Shown piece by piece: positions 11,320 to 20,000 of a stretch of 20,000 nucleotides of DNA. The notes under the pieces are model-generated. The model made no database searches. It worked only from the letters and a program-made list of their open reading frames with translations, and had not been told where the DNA came from. Positions within the stretch are counted from its first letter, which is position 1. Each line of letters begins with the position of its first letter. The translations under genes were made by a program, and so were the position numbers. This DNA is from Chiloscyllium plagiosum (taxonomy: Eukaryota): positions 8,325,496 through 8,345,495 of the forward strand of contig NC_057752.1 in assembly GCF_004010195.1 (NCBI RefSeq), read 5' to 3'.

Positions 11320-11334
11320 GAGTTCACAATTTTG
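11320..11334 (+). repeat. Target-site duplication of the Penelope insertion, left copy (right copy 11720-11734)
   Basis: GAGTTCACAATTTTG occurs identically at 11320-11334 and 11720-11734. Confidence 0.92.
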
Positions 11335-11719
11335 CTGTGGTTCTGTTCGCCGAGCTGGAAGTTTTGTTGCAAACGTTTCGTCCCCTGTCTAGGTGACATC
11401 CTCAGTGCTTGGGAGCCTCCTGTGAAGCGCTTCTGTGGTGTTTCCTCCGGCATTTATAGTGGCCTGTCCCTGCCGCTTCTGGTTGTCAGTTTCAGCTGTC
11501 CGCTGTAGTGGCCGGTATATTGGGTCCAGGTCTATGTGTTTGTTGATGGAGTTTGTGGATGAGTGCCAAGCTTCTAGGAATTCCCTGGCTGTTCTTTGTT
11601 TCGCTTGCCCTATAATGGTAGTGTTGTCCCAGTCAAATTCATGTTGCTTGTCGTCTGCGTGTGTGGCGAACAGAACCACAGCAACGAGCACCCGAACTAC
11701 AAATCTTCTCACAAACTTT
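11335..11719 (-). mobile_element. Penelope-like element: 5'-truncated 3' end (GIY-YIG C-terminus plus pLTR) with an inverted pLTR segment
   Basis: ORF 11389..11727(-) has HADDKQHEFDWDNTTIIGQAKQRTAREFLEAWHSSTNSINKHIDLDPIYRPL, typical of the C-terminal end of the PLE GIY-YIG endonuclease (H.FDW......R...EA.H...SIN). There is a 15-bp TSD, a 20-bp inverted repeat (11332-11351 vs 11665-11684) and a hammerhead motif. Confidence 0.88.
11368..11408 (-). ncRNA. Minimal type I hammerhead ribozyme motif in the Penelope pLTR
   Basis: Minus strand: GCA-CUGAGGA-U-GUCACCU-AGAC-AGGGGAC-GAAA-CG-UU-UGCA. It has the CUGANGA and GAAA core boxes, helix II (6 of 7 pairs, tetraloop), a palindromic minimal helix III (AAACGUUU) and a short helix I (GCA/UGC). 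Confidence 0.75.
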
Positions 11720-11910
11720 GAGTTCACAATTTTGTCACTGGGGATAAGGTATTGGTGGTATTTCCAGTAATAGGTGAACCTTTAAAAGCAAGGTTTAGTG
11801 GACCATATCAAATTGAGAGGAAATTGAGTGAGGTGAACTACTTGATAGGGACTCCAGACAGAAAGAAATCGCACAGCGTGTGTCATGTGAATATGCTCAA
11901 AAGGTATTTT

Positions 11911-13423
11911 GACAAGGAAGGAAAGCAAGAGGAGAAGGCGTTGATGATTATTACACAGAAAGAAGAATCAAGTTCAGAGGATTCTGAATTGGACATTCCT
12001 CAAATTAAATTGGACAATGAGGAAGTTGTCAAACATCAGGATAAGTCATTAAGTTACCTTCCCTTGAAGAATCAAAATGACCTGAACGAGTTATTTCTAT
12101 CACATTGGGAGATTTGCGGAAATAAACTGGGAAGTACAAACCTAATTGTTCATGATGTAGATCTAGGAGATGGTGTTCCAATTAAGCAACATCCTTATAG
12201 GCATGACCCTCTAAAGTTGGCACAGGTTCAGAAGGAGATAAAACATATGCTCCAAGACGACATAATCGAAGTGAGGTACAGTGTCTGGAGCTCAGTCATA
12301 GTAATGGTGCCAAAGTCAGATGGTACCCAGAGGTTATGTGTGGACTATTGCAAAGTCAACGCAGTTACAAAGACTGATGCATATCCTATTCCGTGGTTGG
12401 AAGACTGTGTTGAAAAGGTGGGACAAGCAACTTATATTTCTAAGTTGGACTTGCTCAGAGGGTACTGGCAGGTACCTTTGTCAGAAAGAGCAAAAGCAAT
12501 TTCAGCTTTCATAATGCCAAATGGATTGTATCCTTTTAAAGTCATGCCATTTGGTATGAAAAACGCTCCAGCCACATTTTGGAGACTAACCAATAAGGTC
12601 ATCGCCAGATTACCCAACTGTGTTGTATACATTGATGACCTGGTGATTTTTAGTCACCCATGGAAGGAACATTTACTGCAGTTATCGAACTTGTTTGATC
12701 GACTTTGGGAGGCAGGCTTGGTGGTAAACCTGGCTAAAAGTGAATTTGCCAAAGCCCAAGTCACCTTCCTGGGCCACGTTATTAGACATGGACAAATGGC
12801 CCCACGGGATGTGAAAATGAAAGTAATTGGGGAGTTTCCCAATTGACAAAAAGAGCAGTATTACGGTTCCTGGGATTGAATGGATTTTATCGCAAGTGCC
12901 AAATTTTAGCAGTGAAGTTGCTCCACTCACTGAATTGCTAAAAAAAAACAAGAAGTTTCAGTAGACAGCAGACTGTCAGAAGGCATTGACAGCCTAAAGA
13001 CTGTGTTAACCACTGCCCCAGTATTAGCCACTCCTAATTTCACAAAGCCATTCAAGGTGGCTATCGATGCGAGTGATGTGGGTGTCGGTGCTGTGCTCCT
13101 GCAGGAAATCAACGAGAAGATAGAAAGACCTATTGGGGTATTTTTCCAGGAAATTGAACGTTCGTCAGAAATATTTGACAGTTGAGAAAGAGACTTTAAG
13201 CTTGGTGTTAACACTACAACATTTCAGTGTTTATATAACCAGTAACAAATATGAGATAATCATATACACTGATCATAACTCACTGAAGTTTGTGGAGAAA
13301 TTTAAGGACAAAAATGCCAGATTGTTTAGATGGAGCTTGTTATTACAGCCATCCAATTTGAAAATTGTGCATGTGGCAGGTCAAGAGAACGTGATTGCCG
13401 ATGCATTGTCAAGACTTGAATGA
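11911..13423 (+). pseudogene. Gypsy pol: linker, reverse transcriptase and RNase H (frameshifted after RT)
   Basis: ORF 11752..12846 runs from the integrase GPY module into IKQHPYR...VMVPKSDGTQRLCVDYCKVN...SKLDLLRGYWQVPL...MPFGMKNAPATF...YIDDLVIFS...FLGHVI. Then [30 protein letters not shown] and [20 protein letters not shown]...YTDHNSL...RLFRWSLLLQ...NVIADALSRLE* (stop at 13423). Confidence 0.95.
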
Positions 13424-13592
13424 GAACTGATGCGTTTGGTGGTGGGAGTACCACAGACTGAATCCGAATGTGGTTGTGCATGTTTGCATGTCTATAGTCA
13501 GTGTTACGTATATGTGTGTTTTAGGGGACTAACCAATTTTGTTTGGGTTTTAAAAATGAAGCCATCTTTGGATATTGATGGTTCATGTTTTT

Positions 13593-13602
13593 AGGGGGGA
13601 GG
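13593..13602 (+). other. Polypurine tract (PPT) of the LTR retrotransposon
   Basis: AGGGGGGAGG immediately before the TGTCACA LTR start. Confidence 0.85.
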
Positions 13603-14224
13603 TGTCACAATGCTGGTCTTTTTGCAAGGTTACTGTGCCCTTGAGATTTTTTCAGAGAGGTTCTAACAACCCAAGGTTCCATTATGTCTGAAGTTTGAAT
13701 GGTTCATTGGGGCCTTTTTGTTTACCCCTAACAGATAGTGCTTTAGGCCAAAAGCTTTCAGGTTGTTTTTAAAAAAAACTGGTGTAGTCAAGGGGGTGTG
13801 GCCAGCTCTCAAGTTGTGTAGTTGTATTCAGTTTGGGGGTTAGTTGAGTCAGAGTCACAGTTGAAACTGGAAGTTCTCTCTCTCCGACTGCCCTTCTGAT
13901 GTGACCTATAAGCTGTTCGTGTCATTTTTACTCTTTGTGCTAAGGGATGTCTTTATTGGGACTTTCGGAATTTCGCAAGTATTTTTGGAACTGCATAATT
14001 AAGTCAGGTTTGGATAGGATAAGTTATCCAGTATTCTATTTTCTGTTCTTTGTGTTTCATTTCGTAATTTTTAAAATAAATTCTGTTTGTTTAAAACTTG
14101 GCAGTCGAACCAACTAATTTACTCCGGGAATATTCACTATACAATTAGCTAAAGCAAACAGCAAAGTTACAGTCTGGGTTACCTGCTTAAAAATGTTTTG
14201 AGGGGTCGGGCCTCATCCATAACA
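13603..14224 (+). repeat. 3' LTR (about 622 bp) of the Gmr1-like element
   Basis: Starts with TGTCACA right after the PPT and ends CCATAACA (imperfect terminal inverted repeat). Contains AATAAA at 14075, TATAAG at 13907, TGAGTCA at 13845 and GGGGTGTGG at about 13793. The right end cannot be confirmed without the 5' LTR. Confidence 0.75.
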
Positions 14225-14299
14225 GTTGACAATTTGGAATTGGTTGTTATTCTACGTCAGCGGAAGCTAGATAGCTTTTTGGCGAGTATCTGTCAAGAA

Positions 14300-15592
14300 A
14301 TTCAAAACAGGGAGACAAAAAAAACAAGTAACAGATAACTATATGTCATTTAGTTTAACATCTGTTGTCAGGAAATTGTTAGTATCTATTATGAAGGATT
14401 GAAAATAACTCAATAATGTGCCACATAAAGCTTTATAAGCTAAGGGCACATGGTGTTGGGGTTTGTAAACTAGCATGGATGGACAAACTCATAACTATAT
14501 AATGACTAACTAACATTATTGACTAAGTAATGAAAGAAAGAGTTAGGATAAAGGAGGACATTTTAGGACAGGGACCTATAACTAATGAGGTGCCACAGGG
14601 ATCAGTGCCAGGATCACAATTATTTACGACAAATATTAACGACCTGGATGAGGAAAGTGAATGTATGTTATCTAAGTTAGTGGATGACAAAAAGTAGGTG
14701 GATGGGCTAGTGACAAGAATGACACACAGAATCTACAGAGGGATACAGACAGGGTAAGTGAGTGGACAAAAACTTGGCAGATGGAATATAATGTGTGGAA
14801 ATATGTGCTGATATGCTTTGGAAAGAATAACAGAAGAGCTGATTATTATTTAAATGGAGAAAGACTGCAGAAAGCTGCAGCACAGAGAGATTTGGGGAAC
14901 GTGTGCATTCATCACAAGTAGCTAGCATAAAGGTTCAGTAGGTAAAAGGGAAGGCAAATGGAATGTTGGCCTTTATTTCAAAGGAAATGGAGTATAAAAG
15001 TAGGGAAATCTTGCTAAAAATATATAAGACACTAGTCAGACTGCACCTGGAATACTGTGAACAGTTTTGGTCCCTTATGTAAGGAAAGATATACTGATAT
15101 TGGAGGCAGTCCAGAGAAGGTTCACCACATTGATTCTGGGTATGGAGTAATTTTTTTTATGAGGACAGGTTAAGTAGCTTGAACCTGTCCCCATGGGGCT
15201 TTAGAGAATGAGACGAGACCTTCTCGAAACACACACAATTCTTAAGGGCCTTAACAGGGTAGATGCACAGAGGTTGCTTTTCCATAAAGGAGCATCTAGG
15301 ATGGTTTAATCTCACAGTAAGGGTGGTCCATTTAGGACAGAGATAAAGAGGAATTTCTTCTCTCAGAGGGTAGTGAATCTGTGGAATTATTTACTGCAGA
15401 GGGTTGTCAAGGCTGGCTCATTAAGAATACTGAAGGCTGAGATTGATAGTATCAGTAATAAAATCAAGGGTTATGGGGGAAAAAGCAGGAAAATGGAATT
15501 GAGGATGATCAGATCAGCCACAATCACACTGAATTGACGGAGCAGACACAATGGGCCTACTGGCTTACTTCTGCTCCTACGTCTTATATCCT
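14300..15592 (+). mobile_element. Old CR1-clade LINE, RT region to 3' end, heavily decayed with an internal deletion
   Basis: NYMSFSLTSVVRKLLVSIMK (NYRPVSLTSVVGK-like), EVPQGSVPGSQLFTTNINDLDE, SKLVDD (FADD equivalent), YKTLVRLHLEYCEQFWSL, RNFFSQRVVNLWNYL. 3' UTR ends GGCTTACTTCTGCTCCTACGTCTTAT. Confidence 0.88.
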
Positions 15593-15599
15593 ATTTCTA

Positions 15600-17520
15600 A
15601 AGTTTAAAATAGAAGAAGAAATGATGGTAAGGTTAATAAAATATACAAAAAAGGGAAAAAAAATAACTGAATAAATAATTTTGACAGTTAAGTTAAAAGA
15701 CACATTAAGGATCGCACAACAGACAATATGTCACAGTTGCAGCATGCAAGAGCTCTTGGATGCTAACGTGATCTAGGGCAAATACATCTGCAATAAATGT
15801 TTACAGCTTGGGCAGCTTTAGCTCAGAGTTTATGAGCTGGAGGCCAAACTATAAACCCTGTGATGTATCAGAAAGGGGAAAATTACCTGGATATTTTACA
15901 GCAGGAGGCAGTCACACCCCTTAAGATAGGGCCTTCTGATTCGGTTAGGGAAAGGATGTGAGTGCATGTGAGGCAGGTAAGGGGGTTCAGAGGACAGGAA
16001 CCTCAGACTTTGCTATTGTCCAACAGGCTTGAGGTTCTTTCTGCTTGTTTGGATGAGAGTGAAGGCTGCAGTGTGACTGAGCATGGTATCATAGTATAGG
16101 ATGCCATTCACATGGGGAATAAAAAGGAATATAGTAGTAGTAGTATGTCGTATACTGGGGGAGACTGACTCTGTTCTGTGAACCAAGAATGTGAGTCTAG
16201 ACAGCTACGTTGACTACCTGGTGCCAGGGTTCAGGATATTTGCTCAGAGCTAGAGAGGAACTTGGGACTGAGAGGGGGATGATCTAGTTGTCATGATCAA
16301 TGTAGGCACCAATAACAAAGACAGGACAAGAGGTTCTACTTCTCTTTAGGGTAATAAGTACTGGATTATTACCTGAACCACGTGCCAATTGGCAGAGGGC
16401 ACATAAGATTAATGAAATGAATAAGCTCAAAAACTGTTGTGGGAGAAGTGGATTCTGAATGTGGGGCACTGCATCAGTCCTGGGGAAACAATCAGGACGA
16501 GATACTACAAAGATAACAAAAAGACAAAAAAGGGTCTGTATCTGAATATGCATTACATTCATAACAAAGTAAATGAATTGATAGCACACACTGAAGCAAA
16601 TAATTGTGATCTGAAAGTCATTACAGAAATGTGACTACATGATGATAAGGATTGAGTCCTGAATGTTGAGGACTTTGTGATATTCAAGCAGAACAGGAAA
16701 CTAGGTAAACGAAGAAGAGCAGCACTGTTAATCAAGGATGGCATTGGTGCAATTAGACATGACCTCTGTTCAGGAGATCAGTCTGACTGGAGATAAGGAA
16801 TAGTAGGGGGAAGAAGTCACTTGAAGGGATGGTCTACAGGCCCCCCAACAGTAATTGCAATGTATGAAAAATTATACAATAAGAAATACTGTCATAAAGG
16901 ATAGCAATAATCATGGATAATATTCATCTACATATAAACTGGAAAAGTCAGATTGGCAATAGCAGCCTGGGGAAGGAGTTCATAGAATGCTTTTGAGATG
17001 GCACATTTTGGGACAAAACAGAGAATACATTATACTAAATTTGGTACTGTGTAACATGACAAAATTAATTACATCAGAGTAGTGGCACCTCAGCAATGAT
17101 GAGAACATGACTGAATTTTACATTCAGTTTGTAAGGGAGAAATGTGAGCCTAAGACAAGTATTTTAAACTTAAATAAAGGCAACTATGTGGGCATGAAAG
17201 CTGAACTGATGCGGGATACAAGTCTAAGGGATAGATGAACAGAAACATGTTACAGAAATTTAAGGGTATATTTCAGAATACTCAACGTAAGCATATTTCT
17301 TCTTTAAAGAACAACTCTAAGAGGAGGACCCACCATCTGTGGTTAACTTAAAAAAGTTAGAAGAAATCAAATTTAAGGAAAAAACATATAACTGTGCAAA
17401 GATGAGTGGTAGGTCAAATGATAGGACAGAATATACAGAACTGCACAGAATGACTAAAAAGTTGATTGGAGGGAATTTGAGTAGTAGACAAAGCTAGACA
17501 GAAATGTAAAAATGGAGAGC
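15600..17520 (+). mobile_element. Old CR1-clade LINE, 5' half (ORF1 zinc finger/coiled coil and esterase; ORF2 endonuclease)
   Basis: CSMQELLD..KYICNKCLQLGQL*LRVYELEAKL*TL (about 15739-15860), LPGARVQDI (about 16215), VISTGLLPEPRANWQRAHKINEMN (about 16350-16425), then GLYLNMHYIHNKVNELIAH...VITEM*L and VYRPPNSN (APE endonuclease). Confidence 0.85.
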
Positions 17521-17547
17521 GAGCAATGTTCCTTTTAATTATTTCTC

Positions 17548-18553
17548 AGTCATAGAGATGTATACCACGGGAACAGAACCTTCAGTCCAACTCGTCCATG
17601 CTGACCAGATATCCTAACCTAATCTAGTCCCATTTACCAGCACTTGGCCCATATCCTTCTAAATCCTTCCTATTCATATACCCATCCAGATAACTTTTAA
17701 GTGCTGTAATTGTACCAGCTTCCACCACTTCCTCTGGCAGCTCATTCCATACATTCACCACCCTTTGTGTGAAAAGGTTGCCCCTTAGGTCTCTTTTATA
17801 TCTTTCCCCTCTCACCCCTAACCTATGCCCTCTAGTTCTGGACTCCCCGATCCCAGGGAAAAGACTTTGTCCATTCACTCTATCCATGCCCTTCATGATT
17901 TTACAAACCTCTATAAGGTCACGCCTCAGCCTCCAACGCTTGAGGGAAAACAGCCCCAGCCTATCCAGCCTATAGCTCAAATCCTCCAACCCTGGCAACA
18001 TCCTTGTAAATCTTTTCTGAACCCTTTCAAGTTTCACAACATCCTTCCATTATGAAGGAGCCCAGAACTGCACACAATATTCCAAAAGTGGACTCACCAA
18101 TGTCCTGTACAGCCGCAACATGACCTCCCAACTCCTACACTCAATGCTTTGATCAATTAAGGAAAGCATACCAAACGCCTTCTTCACTATCCTATCTACC
18201 TGCAACTCTACTTTCAAGTAACTATGAACCTGAGCTCCAAAGTCTCTTTGTTTAGCAACACTCCCTAGGACCTCACCATTAAGTGTATAAGTCCTGCTAA
18301 GATTTGCTTTTCCAAAATGCAGCACCTCACATTTATCTGAATTAAACTCCATCTGCCACTTCTCAGCCCATTGGCCCATCCGATCAAAATCCCGTTGTAA
18401 TCTGAGGTAAACTTCTTCGCTGTCCACTATACCTCCAATTTTGGTGTCATCAGCAAACTTACTAATCATACCTCCTATGTTCACATCCAAATCTTTTATA
18501 TAAATGACGAAAAGCAGTGACCCCAGCACCGATCCTCGTGGCACATCACTGGG
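17548..18553 (-). mobile_element. CR1-clade (HER1-type) LINE, 5'-truncated, relatively young
   Basis: ORFs 18050..18673(-) and 17624..18037(-): VPRGSVLGSLLFVIYIKDLD..ISKFADDTKIGG...WQMEFNSDKCEVLHFG...LYRTLVSPLLEYCVQFWAP and LERVQKRFTRMLPGL...RTRGHRL...FTQRVVNVWNELP. Tail is ..ACATCTCTATGACT. Candidate 5-bp TSD TTCTC at 17543-17547 and 18554-18558. Confidence 0.94.
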
Positions 18554-18714
18554 TTCTCCTGCTGCACAAATGTGCATGGCAACAGTTTCCAATATGTCAG
18601 CATATCGAATGGCAGGCACGAAACCTCCTATTTGCTGTGTTTCTAGGGAACATTGATAAAAAAGAGTTTCCACAGGTGCTAAAAATGAGAAAAGAAGTAA
18701 ATAAGTGTAAAGGA

Positions 18715-18741
18715 GGGCCCTCTTATGGCTCAGTGGTAGTG
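18715..18741 (+). mobile_element. Probable 5' stub of a tRNA-derived SINE, cut off by the following CR1
   Basis: GGGCCCTCTTATGGCTCAGTGGTAGTG contains a Pol III A-box (TGGCTCAGTGG) about 11 nt from a G-rich start. No B-box follows because CR1 sequence begins immediately. Confidence 0.45.
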
Positions 18742-19709
18742 GTTGGAGAATACCGAGATACAGGTTACTAGACTAGATGTGATTGAGGTTCACAAGGAGG
18801 AGGTGTTAGCAATTCTGGAAAGTGTGAAAATAGATAAGTCCCCTGGGCCGGATGGGATTTATCCATGAACTCTCTGGGAAGCAAGGGAGAAGATTGCAGA
18901 GCCTTTGGCTTTGATCTTTCTGTCATCCTTGTCTGCAGGAATAGTGCCAGAAGACTAAAGGATAGCAAATATTGTCCCCTTGCTCAAGAAGGGGAGTAGA
19001 GACAACCCTGGTAATTATAGACCAGTGAGCCTTACTTCGGTTGTGGGTAAAGTGTTGGAAAAGATTATAAGAGATTTATAAACATCTAGAAACGAATAAG
19101 TTGATTAGGGATAGTCAACACGGTTTTGTGAAGGGTAGGTCGTGCCTCTCAAACCTTATTGAGTTCTTTGAGAAGTTGACCAAACAGGTGCATGAGGGTA
19201 AAGTGGTTGATGTGGCGTCTATAGATTTCAGTAAGGTGTTTGGTAAGGTTCCTCACGGTAGACTATTGCACAAAATACGGAGACATGGGATTGAGAGTGA
19301 TTTAGCGGTTTGGATCAGAAATTGACTAGCTGAAAGAAGACAGAAGATGGTGGTTAATGGGAAATGTTCATCCAGAAGTTCAGTTATTAGTGGTGTACCA
19401 CAAGGATCTGTTTTGGGTCCACAGCTGTTTGTCATTTTTGTAAATGACCTGGATGAGTGCATAGAAGGATGGATTAGTAAATTTGCAGGTGACACTAAGG
19501 TTGATGGGGTTGTGGATAGTACCGAAGGATGTTGCAGGTAACACAGGGACATAGATAGGCTGCAGAGCTGGGCTGAGAGGTGGAAAATGGAGTTTAATGT
19601 GGAAATGTGTGAGGTGATTCCCTTTGGAAGGAGCAACAGGAATAGAGTACTGGGCTGACAGTAAGGTTCTTGGTAGTGTAGATAGCAGAAAGATCTCAGT
19701 GTCCATGTA
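18742..19709 (+). mobile_element. CR1-clade LINE ORF2 fragment (same family as 2716-3943), interrupted by a DNA transposon
   Basis: DKSPGPDGIYP, GNYRPVSLTSVVGKVLEKII, DSQHGFVKGRSCLSNLIEFFE...[44 protein letters not shown]. 19169-19709 aligns by eye along its length with 2716-3261. Confidence 0.93.
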
Positions 19710-20000
19710 CAGAGGAATCTCGATAATCTGAACAAATTGGGCGGGCACTATTTCGTTTGGATAATTGATTATTCGGTTAATTGATTCGATGCCTTTCCTC
19801 TGGGGCTCTGAGTTTTCTGTTAAGTCCGCTCCCCGTCCAGCACACGAGGCAGCAACACATCGTGGTCGAGCACCTACCCCCCCAACCAAGTCCGACACCC
19901 CTTAACCCCGTCAAACACCGTCCCGCTTGCCCGCTAGCCCATCCTACACTGCCCCCCCAATCCTGTCCTACACCGTCCGACACCGCCCCCCCCGTCCAGC
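19710..20000. mobile_element. Tc1/mariner-superfamily (Tigger/pogo-like) DNA transposon, left end; continues beyond the window
   Basis: CR1 homology stops at CATG-TA (TA at 19708-19709). CAGAGGAATCTCGATAATCTGAAC follows, resembling Tigger-type TIRs (CAGT.GAACCTCGATTATCCG), with a subterminal inverted copy (GTTTGGATAATTGA) and an abrupt rise in CpG/GC content. Confidence 0.7.

Larger units (their letters stand above)
10516..11910 (+). pseudogene. Gypsy integrase (Zn finger, DDE core, GPY/F module), frameshifted and interrupted by the Penelope insertion
   Basis: GSHLGVRK...KHFYWPGLHTDVVEFCQTYHTCQVIGKP (Zn finger), PFTSILINCVGP..TKTGNQYLLTIMDVSTRFPEAIPL (first D mutated to N at 10720), RYGLSIEIQLDQWSNF...STAYHPESQGALERQHQTLKTMLR (D, E), WDKGIP..LFAIRDAPNESTKFSPFEL. 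After the insert: TGDKVLV..PLKARFSGPYQI...HVNMLKRY. Confidence 0.92.
10516..14224 (+). mobile_element. Ty3/Gypsy LTR retrotransposon with integrase-RT-RNase H order (Gmr1-like); 5' part lost in the gap; degenerate
   Basis: Integrase (10516-11910) lies upstream of a Gypsy-type RT (about 12180-12840) and RNase H (about 13010-13423), followed by a PPT and a TG...CA LTR. Confidence 0.92.

Noticed and set aside
11332..11684. MITE or DNA transposon suggested by the 20-bp inverted repeat
   Set aside because: The repeat is not terminal on the right, the TSD is 15 bp, and the interior encodes a PLE GIY-YIG tail and a hammerhead.
11752..12846. 364-aa ORF as a functional or domesticated gene
   Set aside because: It is an internal piece of a pol broken by frameshifts on both sides; the integrase has a D->N catalytic change and an insertion.
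10516..13423. Copia/Ty1 assignment based on integrase-before-RT order
   Set aside because: RT (LCVDY, MPFGMKNAPATF, YIDD), RNase H (DAS..GVGAVL, TDH, ADALSR) and the GPY module are all Gypsy-type.
18050..18673. 207-aa ORF as a host-RT fusion protein
   Set aside because: The N-terminal 40 or so residues are chance read-through from flanking DNA into a 5'-truncated CR1, with a non-ATG start.
1..20000. Prokaryotic RT systems (retron, DGR, group II intron) or CRISPR arrays
   Set aside because: All RT fragments are eukaryotic CR1, L2 or Gypsy types; there is no operon structure and no repeat-spacer array.

Overview
Vertebrate nuclear DNA made almost entirely of decayed transposable elements. The repeat set (HER1/CR1-type LINEs, a DeuSINE, an L2, a Penelope) suggests a cartilaginous fish, probably a shark; this is inference. 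No intact host gene or convincing exon is visible. From left to right: DeuSINE (-), L2 3' end (-), CR1 (+), a possible LTR remnant, a CR1 5' half with ORF1 esterase and APE endonuclease (-), a short CR1 3' tail, about 1 kb of apparently unique motif-dense sequence, a degenerate PIF/Harbinger transposase absent from the ORF track (-), and a 500-N gap. After the gap lies a Gypsy-type LTR retrotransposon with the unusual integrase->RT->RNase H order (Gmr1-like), its PPT and 3' LTR. Its integrase is interrupted by a Penelope-like insertion with a perfect 15-bp TSD, an inverted pLTR segment and a minimal hammerhead ribozyme. The rest is four more CR1 pieces, a truncated tRNA-SINE head and a Tigger/pogo-like DNA transposon inserted at a TA. 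I do not see a wholly new system. The best leads are unusual but precedented architectures: the Gmr1-like element, the Penelope hammerhead and the hidden Harbinger. Family names come from motif recognition, not database searches, and boundaries of old elements are approximate.
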